Shown: one piece after another, positions 1 through 9,187 of the stretch | Layout of the letters: each line of letters begins with the position of its first letter | Position numbering within the stretch: the stretch's first letter is position 1 | DNA from: an uncultured Pseudomonadales bacterium | GTDB lineage: Bacteria > Patescibacteriota > Microgenomatia > UBA1400 > PJMF01 | DNA: 64,000 bases | Assembly: GCA_964637295.1 (NCBI GenBank) | Contig: CAZWWE010000004.1 | Span: 26,674 to 90,673, forward strand | Direction: 5' to 3' | The notes under the pieces: model-generated | What the model was told of the DNA's origin: nothing | The model's input: only the letters and a program-made list of their open reading frames with translations | Database searches by the model: none | Translations under genes and position numbers: made by a program

Positions 1-1600
1 TCCAGAAAAAATCACTTTGTATTTGACTGGTCGAGTTGAACAAATTGAGGCAGACAAAAAATTAATTGCAGGTCTAGAAATGATGTCTAATCACGATCAG
101 GCTAGCATTAAATTAAGTTCTTTTGTCGATTTATGCAAAGGGCCTCATGTCGCTAAAATTTCGGAAATTAAAGCTTTTAAATTACTTAGTATTGCTGGTG
201 CTTATTGGCGAGGAGACGAGAAAAATAAAATGCTCACCCGTATTTATGGCACGGCTTTCGCTTCACAAGCAGAGCTAGATGACTTTTTAGCTAAGAAAAA
301 GTTAGCTGAAGAACGTAATCATCGCAAAATTGGTAAAGAAATGGAGCTTTTTGCCATCATTCCCGAAATCGGACAGGGTTTGCCGGTGTGGTTGCCCAAT
401 GGTTATGCGATGCGCAGAGTCTTGGAAAATTACATGATGAAGATGGAGCGACGCTTCGGGTACGTTCACATTTTGACCCCTCATTTAAATAAAAAAGAAT
501 TGTTTGAAACATCAGGACATTTGGGATTTTATGCAGACAGTATGTATCCAAGTTTAAGCTATGAAGAAAAAGATGATTCGGGCAAAATTATAGGTCAAAA
601 TGAAGTCTATTATCCCAAGCCGATGAATTGTCCAGCCGGAATGATGGTCTACAAACTGAAAAGTCATAGCTATCGTGAGCTACCAATTAAAATGGGCGAG
701 TTCGGCACGGTTTACCGTCGCGAAAAATCTGGTGAACTGCACGGTTTGCAAAGAGTCCGTGGTTTTACGCAAAATGATGCTCATATTTTTTGTACGCCTG
801 AGCAACTCAAAGATCAGTTTAAAGAAGTGATGAAAATGTTGGATCTTTTTTACAAAGATATGGGTTTTGATAATTATCATTTCCGTCTTTCAATTTCTGA
901 TCCAGATAAAGAGAAATTCAAAGCTTGTGGCAAGCGTAGTGATTGGGAAAAAGCGGAAAACATCATGCGCGAAATTCTCAACGAGGCTGGCGTCGAATAT
1001 ACGGAGGCCAAAGGTGAGGCGGCTTTTTACGGTCCTAAACTTGATGTGCAAGCGGTCAACGTTTTTGGTAAAGAAGATAGTATCTCGACTATTCAAGTGG
1101 ACTTCAACTTACCAGAACGTTTTGACATCACTTATGTGGATGAAAAAGGTGAAAAGCAACGCCCTTTTGTCATTCATCGTGCTTTGATTGGCTCGTTTGA
1201 ACGTTTCTTTGCTTTCTTAATTGAGCAGCACGGTGGTGATTTTCCAGTTTGGTTTGCTCCAGTGCAGGTGAGAGTTCTGCCCATCGCTGATCGTCATTTA
1301 GAATATGCACAAAAAGTTATGAATCAGTTATTGGATAAAGACGTCAGAGTAGAAATTGATGACCGCTCCGAGCGTTTACAGGCCAAAATTCGTGCCAGCG
1401 AAGTTGCCAGAGTGCCATTAATGCTGATTATTGGCGACAGCGAAATTGCAGCCAATAAAATTGGCGTGCGCGTGCGTGGCAGCGCTCGCGAAAGAGCAGA
1501 AGAATTGATCAAAAATGGTGAACTTAAAGCAGTTCTAAGTCAAAGTGGCGATTTAGGTGCACAAGATTTGAGTTTGTTAGGTAAGTTTTTGAAGAAATAA
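1..1600 (+). CDS. thrS: threonine--tRNA ligase, C-terminal ~530 aa (5-prime end lies outside window)
   Basis: Frame open from window edge; class II aaRS catalytic and anticodon-binding motifs ([37 protein letters not shown]). Confidence 0.9.
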   Translation, partial: PEKITLYLTGRVEQIEADKKLIAGLEMMSNHDQASIKLSSFVDLCKGPHVAKISEIKAFKLLSIAGAYWRGDEKNKMLTRIYGTAFASQAELDDFLAKKKLAEERNHRKIGKEMELFAIIPEIGQGLPVWLPNGYAMRRVLENYMMKMERRFGYVHILTPHLNKKELFETSGHLGFYADSMYPSLSYEEKDDSGKIIGQNEVYYPKPMNCPAGMMVYKLKSHSYRELPIKMGEFGTVYRREKSGELHGLQRVRGFTQNDAHIFCTPEQLKDQFKEVMKMLDLFYKDMGFDNYHFRLSISDPDKEKFKACGKRSDWEKAENIMREILNEAGVEYTEAKGEAAFYGPKLDVQAVNVFGKEDSISTIQVDFNLPERFDITYVDEKGEKQRPFVIHRALIGSFERFFAFLIEQHGGDFPVWFAPVQVRVLPIADRHLEYAQKVMNQLLDKDVRVEIDDRSERLQAKIRASEVARVPLMLIIGDSEIAANKIGVRVRGSARERAEELIKNGELKAVLSQSGDLGAQDLSLLGKFLKK

Positions 1601-1605
1601 ACTGT

Positions 1606-1827
1606 TTACTTAGAATCTCTCATCACAAATTGATGCAAGATGGACGAAGCTAGAGTTTGATAAGGAATGCCAGTATCAATGGCTTTGGCTTTCAATTTCA
1701 GTAGAACTTTTTCTGACAAACGAATGTTAATATTTTTACTTTTATTGAGAGTGGCAGCGGCGTATTTTTGATATTTATCTAAGTCAGTTTTGATTTCGAC
1801 AAATTCATCATTTTTAAAATCGATTTA
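1606..1827 (-). pseudogene. orphan BrnA-like (RHH/CopG, DUF4415-like) antitoxin remnant without an in-frame start codon
   Basis: Minus-strand frame translates to ...KSKNINIRLSEKVLLKLKAKAIDTGIPYQTLASSILHQFVMRDSK*, paralogous to the antitoxins at 4510-4788 and 35757-36062 (shared IPYQ-L motif). The only ATG is out of frame. No cognate toxin upstream. Below ORF-track length cutoff. Confidence 0.45.
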
Positions 1828-1842
1828 GTTCTTTTTTTTATC

Positions 1843-2631
1843 TTGTATTGTGGGAAAATATATCTAATTATGGAAAAACTTTCACAACTTTTGGCTACTA
1901 AAACTAAAGCAAGCATTGATGGTCAAGAACCATCTTTGAGGAATTTGCTTTCAAGAGCTTTCATCGGCAAACTTGAGGGCAAACAACGAAGTCTTCAAGA
2001 CTTATTATTAGAGGGTCGGCAATTAATTACACAACATGGACAGTGGACATCAGTGCTTAATGAGCACTCATACGAAAGAAGGAACTTAAGCTCTGAAGGC
2101 AAAGAACAATTTTACACCGAAGTTCAAGGTCCATATGGCAATCCTTTTTTTATTATTGAGCGGAGTAAAGCTTTTGCTTTGCCAGCTGATCTCAATTATG
2201 TTAACGCTCGTAATGAAACAGTTAATCCTAGCGATATGACTTTTAAATACAAAGATCTTGAGGGTAAAGAAGTAATTGCGCAGCACCAAATTGGCGGTAT
2301 TATTTGTCAAAGTGCTGAGCCTGATAAAGACGATCCAAGATTTAGTTTATCCAATCCTAATTTTATTGAGATTGCCGAGGGAGATACTTTAGAAAACAAA
2401 CCTTTTGTTGATGGGAAAGGCAAGCCGATAACTTACTGGCAAAAAACCGTTGATGGGATCAGAACCTTTCAAACAATCAATGGTCAGCGACAAGACAGGC
2501 AATGGTATTTGCAAGTCTTATTTTTAAAAGATAAAAATAGATTTGGTAATTTTGATGCTTATTATTCATTAACTAAACCAGAGCAGGTGAGAATTTTAGA
2601 ATTAGCAGACATTAATTTTAACAAGGTTTAG
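1843..2631 (+). CDS. hypothetical protein (262 aa), no recognisable domain
   Basis: Long ORF followed by a strong hairpin terminator. Confidence 0.5.
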   Translation: MYCGKIYLIMEKLSQLLATKTKASIDGQEPSLRNLLSRAFIGKLEGKQRSLQDLLLEGRQLITQHGQWTSVLNEHSYERRNLSSEGKEQFYTEVQGPYGNPFFIIERSKAFALPADLNYVNARNETVNPSDMTFKYKDLEGKEVIAQHQIGGIICQSAEPDKDDPRFSLSNPNFIEIAEGDTLENKPFVDGKGKPITYWQKTVDGIRTFQTINGQRQDRQWYLQVLFLKDKNRFGNFDAYYSLTKPEQVRILELADINFNKV

Positions 2632-2659
2632 CTGCTAATGATCTTATCATTGGTTTTTA

Positions 2660-2690
2660 AAACCCGCCTCTTCAGGCGGGTTTTCTTTTC
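2660..2690. terminator. bidirectional rho-independent terminator between convergent genes
   Basis: aaaacccgcct-cttc-aggcgggtttt: GC-rich 8-bp stem flanked by A-run and T-run. Confidence 0.7.
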
Positions 2691-2708
2691 ACATTTCAAA
2701 AGCAGAAA

Positions 2709-3452
2709 TTATTCTTCTGCACTGTCGTCAACTAAGACTTTGATGCCTGGGCCCATGCTAGGAGCAATCACCAATTTAAGGATTTTGCCTTTGAGAGCCT
2801 TAACCAAAGTTTCGATGTTGGCAACTAAATCAGCACTGCTCATATCGGTTTTACCAATAATTAAGTGCATCAGAGGAGCCTTTTTCTCAGTTTTGAGGTT
2901 AAATTTACCAGCTTCCAGTTCTTTTTTCTTGAGCTCTGGATTTGGGGTCAAAGTGCCATTTTTTGGATTTGGCATTAAGCCCTTTGGTCCCAAAACTTTA
3001 GCAAATTTAGCCAATTTAGGCATAAATTCTGGATGAGCGACTAAAATATCAAAGTCAATTTTACCAGCCTCGATGTTGCTCAAAACTTCCGCATCAACGA
3101 TGGTGACTTTAACACTTTGACCAGTAGAGTGAGGTAGAGCCAAGTTAACGCTATCACCAACTTCTCTAACCACGATGTGGGCTTCAACTGAACCGACAAA
3201 ACGACTGTAGGAGAGTTTTTTGACCAGCTCAACAGCTTCTTTGATTGGATAAAGTTTGCTTTTGTCCAATTTGGCGCGGACGGCTTGATATTTCTTGCCA
3301 CGTACTTTTTTGGCTTTAACAGCTTTTTTTTCTACTTTTGCTTCAGTACTTGCTTCAACAGCAGCTTCAGAAGCAGAGGTTTCTTCTGGATTGGCGACGA
3401 CTTTGACTTCAGTTTCAGTTTGAGTCATGTCGACATTTTTTTTGCTTCCCAT
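2709..3452 (-). CDS. rplA: 50S ribosomal protein L1 with ~50-aa Lys/Ala/Glu-rich N-terminal extension
   Basis: GKKYQAVRAKLDKSKLYPIKEAVELVKK...FVGSVEAHIVV L1 core; position downstream of rplK. Confidence 0.9.
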   Translation of the reverse strand: MGSKKNVDMTQTETEVKVVANPEETSASEAAVEASTEAKVEKKAVKAKKVRGKKYQAVRAKLDKSKLYPIKEAVELVKKLSYSRFVGSVEAHIVVREVGDSVNLALPHSTGQSVKVTIVDAEVLSNIEAGKIDFDILVAHPEFMPKLAKFAKVLGPKGLMPNPKNGTLTPNPELKKKELEAGKFNLKTEKKAPLMHLIIGKTDMSSADLVANIETLVKALKGKILKLVIAPSMGPGIKVLVDDSAEE

Positions 3453-3528
3453 ATTTTTTGCTTTCTAGTGGTTATAGCGGCTCGGGTAAAGGATCAGCCT
3501 CCCACCTTAATAATTTTTATAACGCGAA

Positions 3529-3951
3529 TTAAACTATGTCGATCCCCATTGATTTGGCAGAACCGATGACGCTTTGCATAGCGGAGTCAAGATTCTTAGT
3601 ATTCATGTCAGGCATTTTTTTCTCGGCAATGGCTTTGACTTGATCCATAGTTAATTTGGCTTTATTGTCTTTACCAGCAGTGGCGCTACCAGTTTTTAAT
3701 TTCAAAGTTTGTTTGATCAAATCTGAAACTGGAGGTAATTTCAAGACAAAAGAGAAAGAATTATTTTCGAAAACAGTAATCTCTGCTGGAATTACTTGAC
3801 CTTTTTGGTCAGCAGTTTGAGCATTATACTGTTTGAGAAAATCCATCATGTTGATACCGGCCTGACCTAAAATAGGACCGACTGGAGGAGCTGGGGTTGC
3901 CACGCCAGCTGGAAGATTTAGTTTTAAGACTGTTTTTATTTTTTTAGCCAT
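3529..3951 (-). CDS. rplK: 50S ribosomal protein L11
   Basis: MAKKIKTVLKLNLPAGVATPAPPVGPILGQAGINMMDFLKQYNAQT, highly conserved L11 N-terminus. Confidence 0.95.
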   Translation of the reverse strand: MAKKIKTVLKLNLPAGVATPAPPVGPILGQAGINMMDFLKQYNAQTADQKGQVIPAEITVFENNSFSFVLKLPPVSDLIKQTLKLKTGSATAGKDNKAKLTMDQVKAIAEKKMPDMNTKNLDSAMQSVIGSAKSMGIDIV

Positions 3952-4232
3952 TCAAGTTCGCGATTTGATTTTTCTCCTCAGTTATCTCTTGAGCGAAGAC
4001 GTTCGCTCAGGTGATAAAATGCCTCGAAAAATTAAATCGCTCCTTTCATTTATTCATTAATTGATTCAATTTTTTTTCTTCAAGATAAAAATTTGAGAAG
4101 CGTGGGCCCTAATCCACCAAATTTTTCTTTCGAAGAAGGGTATTATAGCATGAAAGATCCTGAGGTTAAATTCTAATTAGTTATTGTCATTAATTATTGA
4201 CAAAAGAGTTAAATGTAGTGTATGGTATATAC

Positions 4233-4535
4233 ATGAATGTTTGGCAATCACCAGTGAAATTTGAATGGGATCAATGGAACATTGTCAAAAATCGCAAGCA
4301 TGGACTAGAAACAAGTGAGATAGAAGAAGTATTTTTTGGCAGAAAAAAACTATTGGCAATTGATTACAAACACAATCAAGCTGAATCGAGATATATTTTA
4401 ATTGGATGTAGCCAGCGCGGTCGTTGGCTCTACGTAGTTTTTACTATGCGAGGAGAGAATATTAGAGTAATTTCTGCCAGGTATATGCATCACAAGGAGG
4501 TCAAAAAATATGAAAAAACCATTACAAATACCTAA
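4233..4535 (+). CDS. brnT: BrnT-family (DUF497) ribonuclease toxin
   Basis: VKFEWDQWNIVKNRKHGLETSEIEEVF ... NIRVISARYMHHKEVKKYEK matches the BrnT FEWD..K..N..KHG and IRIISAR motifs; start moved to internal ATG (track ORF starts 4197). Confidence 0.75.
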   Translation: MNVWQSPVKFEWDQWNIVKNRKHGLETSEIEEVFFGRKKLLAIDYKHNQAESRYILIGCSQRGRWLYVVFTMRGENIRVISARYMHHKEVKKYEKTITNT

Positions 4536-4788
4536 ATTTAAAACCGCACAAGAAGAACACGATTATTGGTACGAGTTGGATTTAACAAAACATTTTGAAC
4601 CAGAGGATTTTAAGCAGGTTGTTTTTCCAAATCTTAAGCCAACCAGTCAGCCCATATCGATTCGGATGCCAGAACATTTACTTGCGAGACTCAAAGAAAA
4701 AGCCAATGCTCTTAATGTGCCTTATCAAGTTTTAATGAAACAATACTTAGAAAGAGGCCTCTTGTTAAGTGATAAAGAAGGAATGTAG
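4510..4788 (+). CDS. brnA: BrnA-like antitoxin (RHH/CopG-type)
   Basis: Overlaps toxin by 26 nt; C-terminal ISIRMPEHLLARLKEKANALNVPYQVLMKQYLERGL ribbon-helix-helix-like segment. Confidence 0.7.
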   Translation: MKKPLQIPKFKTAQEEHDYWYELDLTKHFEPEDFKQVVFPNLKPTSQPISIRMPEHLLARLKEKANALNVPYQVLMKQYLERGLLLSDKEGM

Positions 4789-4815
4789 ATCGTAGATAGT
4801 TCTTATTTCTCTCAA

Positions 4816-5436
4816 TTATACTTTTTTAACCTGCAGGAAATCTAATTCCACTGGGGTTTCGCGACCGAAGATATTGAGAAGAACAGTGACTTTGCCTTTT
4901 TCTTCGTCAATTTTGTCAACACTGCCCAAGAAGTCATTAAATGGTCCATCGACCACTTTGACGGCTTCACCTTCCACAAAATCAGCTTTGTAAGAAGCTT
5001 CGCCCGATTGTTCAGTGTATTTCATAATCGCTTCGACTTCACTTTTTGGCAGAGGAGTAGGCTTGCTGCTCATGCCGACGAAGCCAGTGACGCCATCGGT
5101 AGTACGAATGGCGAGCCAAGCGTCATCAGTCATTTCCAATTTGACCAACATATATCCTGGAAAAATTTTCTCACTCACAGTTTTTCTTTGTCCACGACGG
5201 ATTTGAATTTTATCTTGAGTAGGAATTAAGACTTGAATAATTTTGTCAGTCAAGTGTAAAGTTTGTGCACGTTGTTTGAGAGCTTCGGCGATTTTCTTCT
5301 CGTGGCCAGAGTAAACGTGAACCACATACCAACGAGCTTTCTTGTTATCTACTTCGGAAATATTGACCAAGTTGGGAGACTGAACTCTGACTTCTTGGAC
5401 TTCTGGTACTTCTGGAACTTGATTTTGATCTGTCAT
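4816..5436 (-). CDS. nusG: transcription termination/antitermination factor NusG
   Basis: NGN domain (KARWYVVHVYSGHEKKIAEAL) and KOW motif (EGEAVKVVDGPFNDFLGSVDKID); synteny secE-nusG-rplK-rplA. Confidence 0.9.
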   Translation of the reverse strand: MTDQNQVPEVPEVQEVRVQSPNLVNISEVDNKKARWYVVHVYSGHEKKIAEALKQRAQTLHLTDKIIQVLIPTQDKIQIRRGQRKTVSEKIFPGYMLVKLEMTDDAWLAIRTTDGVTGFVGMSSKPTPLPKSEVEAIMKYTEQSGEASYKADFVEGEAVKVVDGPFNDFLGSVDKIDEEKGKVTVLLNIFGRETPVELDFLQVKKV

Positions 5437-5446
5437 AGAAAAGGTA

Positions 5447-5629
5447 TTATATCAGAATTCCCATGATTTTTTGTAAGAGAAAATCAATGCCGCCTAGATA
5501 TAGAGCGAGCAGGGCAGCCACTAAAACAACTAGTAAAGTCATGTTTTTGGTAGTGATTTTACTTGGCCAAGTGGTTTGTTTTAATTCAACGATGACCTCG
5601 CGAAAATATTGGCTAATTTTGTTTGACAT
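5447..5629 (-). CDS. secE: preprotein translocase subunit SecE
   Basis: 60 aa, single C-terminal TM helix, ELKQTTWPSK motif, directly upstream of nusG. Confidence 0.85.
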   Translation of the reverse strand: MSNKISQYFREVIVELKQTTWPSKITTKNMTLLVVLVAALLALYLGGIDFLLQKIMGILI

Positions 5630-5697
5630 AAAGTAAGCGACTTTTTAATTAAGGGCCAATTCTATCTTTAATTGGTGTTTTTTTCAAGTTTAAGCTC

Positions 5698-7740
5698 TTA
5701 AAATTGTAATGGTGTATTTTTTGGAATATCAATTTTTTCACTTGAGTGATTATCGTTTTCTGTTTTTGTTGCAACTGCTTGTTTGTTTGCTGAGTCACTT
5801 TGCCAGGGATTTTTTTTAGCTTGCAAAATTGCTAGAGTCATCAAAAATAAGGCAAACAACAATATGGCGCCGATCACTGCAAGCCATTGCCAAGAAAAAT
5901 TCGTCATGAGATTACGCCACAAATTAGTAGCAAAACTCGCTTGTTCTTGATTTGATTCTGCAGACGCGCTTTCAGTTTTTTTAGTTGTGCTTAGCTGTGC
6001 GCTGTTAGTGCTAGCAGTATTGATACTGCTACTTTGGCTAGCATTGCTTGATTCTGCTGAATTAATGATGCAGGTGGCAGATTCTGGATTATCTGCTAAG
6101 CGACAACTACCCCTATAACAGCGTAAGCCAGCATTGCAATCGCGATTATTATTGCATCCTTGATTACAGCTATAAGTGGTCAAATCATAAGCTTCGCTCG
6201 GCAATAATACAATTTTTCCAGCTGCATCAGTGAAAGTACTGTTAATTTTCGTGTTGACGACATTGGTCGTCACTTCTTTATTTTTAGTAACGGTGACATC
6301 GCAAGTGGTGCTTTCTAAATTATTGAAACTACGACAACGATTCCAAAAACAAGTTAAGCCAACAGCGCAATCAGTGTTACTGGCGCAATATTGGTTACAG
6401 CTTAAATCTCTGCTTTTAATTCCTGGAGTAGCTAAACAGAGCTGGTTGGTGGGATTGCTTTGTTGACGGCAGGCTCCTTCGTAGCAAATTAATCCAGGCG
6501 CACACTTTTTGCTTTGATCACTAGCTTGATCGCAAGCATCATTGCAATTTTTATATTTGCTTTGGTCACCGCTACAATAAGTAATGTAATAACGTGCAGC
6601 GGAGATGTGCTGGCCACCTTTTTTAGTGCTATAGAGACGGAAAAAATATTCTGTATTCGGCTCAAAACTTAATGGCCCTTTGTTGCCAGTGGCATGAGTA
6701 AAATCTTTTGCATTGACCATCAACCATTCATCTTGACGTTGATCTATATTGCCTGAGACTTTTTTGTGATAAAAATCGTTAAAATTGGGGCTATTGCTGA
6801 CGTCAATATAGCTTACGTCTTCATACTGATCTTCACTCCAGATAATATAAAGTGAAGCGCCATTGCTTGGCTGATTGAGACAGCGATCATTGGAATAGAG
6901 ATAAAAATAGCGATTATCCGCGTTAATTGTTTTTTTATCACTGCATTTGCGACTTAATTCTTCTAAAGTCTCTTTTTCATACCAATAACACTTGTCTGGT
7001 TGTACAGTATATTTTCTAGTTTGCCAGCCATTGTCGCAATCACTCCAGGCGGTGTAGTCATAATAACACTGAGCGCGATCAACTCCGTTTGCAGTGACAT
7101 AATACTGAAAATCCAAAACCGAAGGTTTTTGTAAAATATCTGCTGCATTATCTTGCTGTAAAACTTCACTGTCTTGGCTAATTTTTACTTTTACGCTGCC
7201 TTCTTTTTGTGGAGTGAAACTTAATTCAGCAAGAGTTTGCATTTGGTCATGAGTGCTGAAAGCTTGAGCCGGATCTTTTAGTTCTAAAAGTAGGTGGGCA
7301 GTAAAGCAATTTTTTTCACACAGGCTCTCCGTGATTTCTTGTTTACTAATTTTAAAAGCAGCGGGCAGAGTGCCGGTAAATTTGATTTGATTTTTATCAA
7401 ACAAACCTTTGTCAGCAATAATTTCAAAAATCAATTCCACTTGTTTAATAGTTTTTGTTTTGGTATTGATTTGTAATTTAATTTTTTGTTCTTCTTTAAC
7501 TTTCAGAGTGCTTTGGTTGAAAGGATAAGTATTAAGCTCAGCTAAACCACTATCTACCATCGCTGCTTTTCTGGTGTCAAAATCAACTTGTGCAATTTGT
7601 TTTTGCATGAACATCACGGCAAAAAGAGCGATGCTGCTGACTAAAAAAACAGCCAAGAAACCAAATAGAGCTAAGTAATTACGACTTCTTTTTTTGTGAG
7701 GCATAATACCAGCATAACTGATTGTTTGTTCTCGGGTCAA
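5698..7740 (-). CDS. membrane-anchored cysteine-rich repeat protein (680 aa) with N- and C-terminal TM helices
   Basis: N-terminal TM (YLALFGFLAVFLVSSIALFAVMF), C-terminal TM (WLAVIGAILLFALFLMTLAIL), three tandem repeats with spacing C-x3-C-x5-C-x5-C-x4-C-x10-C (CNDAC..CAPGLICYEGACR; CNQYC..CAVGLTCFWNRCR; CNQGC..CNAGLRCYRGSCR), Ser/Thr/Asn-rich linker. Confidence 0.6.
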   Translation of the reverse strand: MTREQTISYAGIMPHKKRSRNYLALFGFLAVFLVSSIALFAVMFMQKQIAQVDFDTRKAAMVDSGLAELNTYPFNQSTLKVKEEQKIKLQINTKTKTIKQVELIFEIIADKGLFDKNQIKFTGTLPAAFKISKQEITESLCEKNCFTAHLLLELKDPAQAFSTHDQMQTLAELSFTPQKEGSVKVKISQDSEVLQQDNAADILQKPSVLDFQYYVTANGVDRAQCYYDYTAWSDCDNGWQTRKYTVQPDKCYWYEKETLEELSRKCSDKKTINADNRYFYLYSNDRCLNQPSNGASLYIIWSEDQYEDVSYIDVSNSPNFNDFYHKKVSGNIDQRQDEWLMVNAKDFTHATGNKGPLSFEPNTEYFFRLYSTKKGGQHISAARYYITYCSGDQSKYKNCNDACDQASDQSKKCAPGLICYEGACRQQSNPTNQLCLATPGIKSRDLSCNQYCASNTDCAVGLTCFWNRCRSFNNLESTTCDVTVTKNKEVTTNVVNTKINSTFTDAAGKIVLLPSEAYDLTTYSCNQGCNNNRDCNAGLRCYRGSCRLADNPESATCIINSAESSNASQSSSINTASTNSAQLSTTKKTESASAESNQEQASFATNLWRNLMTNFSWQWLAVIGAILLFALFLMTLAILQAKKNPWQSDSANKQAVATKTENDNHSSEKIDIPKNTPLQF

Positions 7741-7814
7741 GTAGGTCGTGACTTAAGTTGCTGTAGCTTGTGCTATACTTTTAGAACCTGAGATAAAGAA
7801 AGGGAGACTTTTTT

Positions 7815-8726
7815 ATGACAGAAAAATTGGTACGCAAGGCAATTATCGCTGATGCTGGTTTTGCCAGTCGTTATTTGCCCATCACCAAAACTATTCCCAA
7901 AGCGATGTTGCCGATGGGCAATCGACCAATTATGCAATTCGTAATCGAAGAATGTGTGCAGGCTGCGATTGAAGAAATCATTATTGTGGCCACTCCAGAG
8001 GGCAAACCTATTTACGAGGACTATTTCAACAACAATGTCAATCGTATTCGCAAACAATTGGCAGCTCAGGGCAAAGAAGATCGCTATGAACCCGTGCAAC
8101 AAGTTTTGAATTATCCAAAAATTACAGTGATCACTCAGGATCTGAGCTTGCCATATGGCAATGGTTCGCCTTTTGCTTCTGCCAAGGCTTTCGTGGAAAA
8201 TGAAGAAGCTTTCTTGGCTATCTACAGCGATGATGTGGTTTTTGGCAATCCTAGTGCTGCCAAAACTCTAGTCGATACTTATCATTTATATAATGACGCT
8301 GATGCCATTATCATGGTGGAAGAATTGCCAATTCAAGAAATGAATAAGTATGCCGCCGTTTCTTTGCGCGATGGAGAATATCGAGAAGGTCAAGAAAACA
8401 TTTTGGCGGGCATTGTCGAAAAACCCAAAGTTGAAGAGGCGCCTAGCAATTTAGCTTCTTACGGTCGTTATTTGTTGACACCAGCAATTTTTGAGCATCT
8501 AACCGCCAGCGCTACTGGCAAAGATGGCGAGTTATGGACTGCTGATGCCATTGGCAAGTTAAATGAAGCCGGAGCCAAAGTCTTGGTGGCTAAAAATAAT
8601 AGTAAATGGATGACTACTGGTGATCCAGAAAATTATTTTAAAGCTCATCTCAAATTTGTCATCGAAAATGAAAAATACGGTCACAAAGTTAAGGCTTGGG
8701 TTGAAGAAATTTCTGCTCAGATTTAG
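7815..8726 (+). CDS. galU: UTP--glucose-1-phosphate uridylyltransferase-like sugar nucleotidyltransferase
   Basis: N-terminal KAIIADAGFASRYLPITKTIPKAMLPMGNRPIMQFVIEE nucleotidyltransferase signature; strong RBS aaagggaga. Confidence 0.75.
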   Translation: MTEKLVRKAIIADAGFASRYLPITKTIPKAMLPMGNRPIMQFVIEECVQAAIEEIIIVATPEGKPIYEDYFNNNVNRIRKQLAAQGKEDRYEPVQQVLNYPKITVITQDLSLPYGNGSPFASAKAFVENEEAFLAIYSDDVVFGNPSAAKTLVDTYHLYNDADAIIMVEELPIQEMNKYAAVSLRDGEYREGQENILAGIVEKPKVEEAPSNLASYGRYLLTPAIFEHLTASATGKDGELWTADAIGKLNEAGAKVLVAKNNSKWMTTGDPENYFKAHLKFVIENEKYGHKVKAWVEEISAQI

Positions 8727-9045
8727 ATTAAGCCGAGCGCAAATGATTTTTTATTATAGCAATTTTGCCAGTGAAATTACAGGTTTATTTTTTTGCACCA
8801 AAACTTAAAATAAATCATAATCGCTCTTTAACTCCACTTTCTTTTGCAGGAAAGTCAAGCAATGTTTTTCCTCAACAGCTCTTTTAAGGGCTTATGGAAG
8901 TATTTTGTTTTCGTGGAAACAGAATCTTCTTGCCCACCTCGTTTTTTTCGGGGAAAGAGGCTTGCTTTTCTGCAAAGGGGAGTGGAATTTAATATTTAGC
9001 AAAAAAAGCTCACTGAATTTTCGTCTGTATTTTCCCCAGTTTTTC

Positions 9046-9165
9046 AATTCGCTTTGCATCTTTTGTACCAGCTGCTTTTTGTTTTGCAAAAAGACAGGGT
9101 CCGAAATTCGCTTTGCATCTTTCGTACCAGCTGCTTTTTGTTTTGCAAAAAGACAGGGTCCGAAA
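9046..9165 (+). repeat. tandem direct duplication (2 x 59 bp, 1 mismatch) of a tRNA-promoter-proximal element with internal palindrome ttttgcaaaa
   Basis: gctttgcatcttt[t/c]gtaccagctgctttttgttttgcaaaaagacagggtccgaaa occurs twice head to tail. Confidence 0.9.
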
Positions 9166-9171
9166 TATAAT
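9143..9171 (+). promoter_or_regulatory. consensus sigma70-type promoter for the tRNA-Thr/Tyr/Thr-rpmG transcription unit
   Basis: TTGCAA - 17 nt - TATAAT, about 16 nt upstream of mature tRNA-Thr 5-prime end. Confidence 0.7.
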
Positions 9172-9187
9172 ACAGAATGTCTATTTT

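Noticed and set aside
302-1512. Short ORFs antisense to or nested within thrS (302-484, 357-551, 680-880, 867-1187, 890-1096, 1324-1512); similar cases inside rplA, topA, hisS, PBP2 and across the tRNA cluster (8892-9308, 8905-9225)
   Set aside because: They overlap strongly supported conserved genes or tRNAs on the other strand or frame, have no motifs, and show low-complexity composition typical of spurious AT-rich ORFs.
8727-9045. RNase P RNA / tmRNA / SRP RNA in the galU-tRNA gap
   Set aside because: Only a short GGAAAGUC similarity to RNase P P4 with no partner strand or other conserved regions; no tRNA-like 3-prime end for tmRNA; no SRP domain IV motif.
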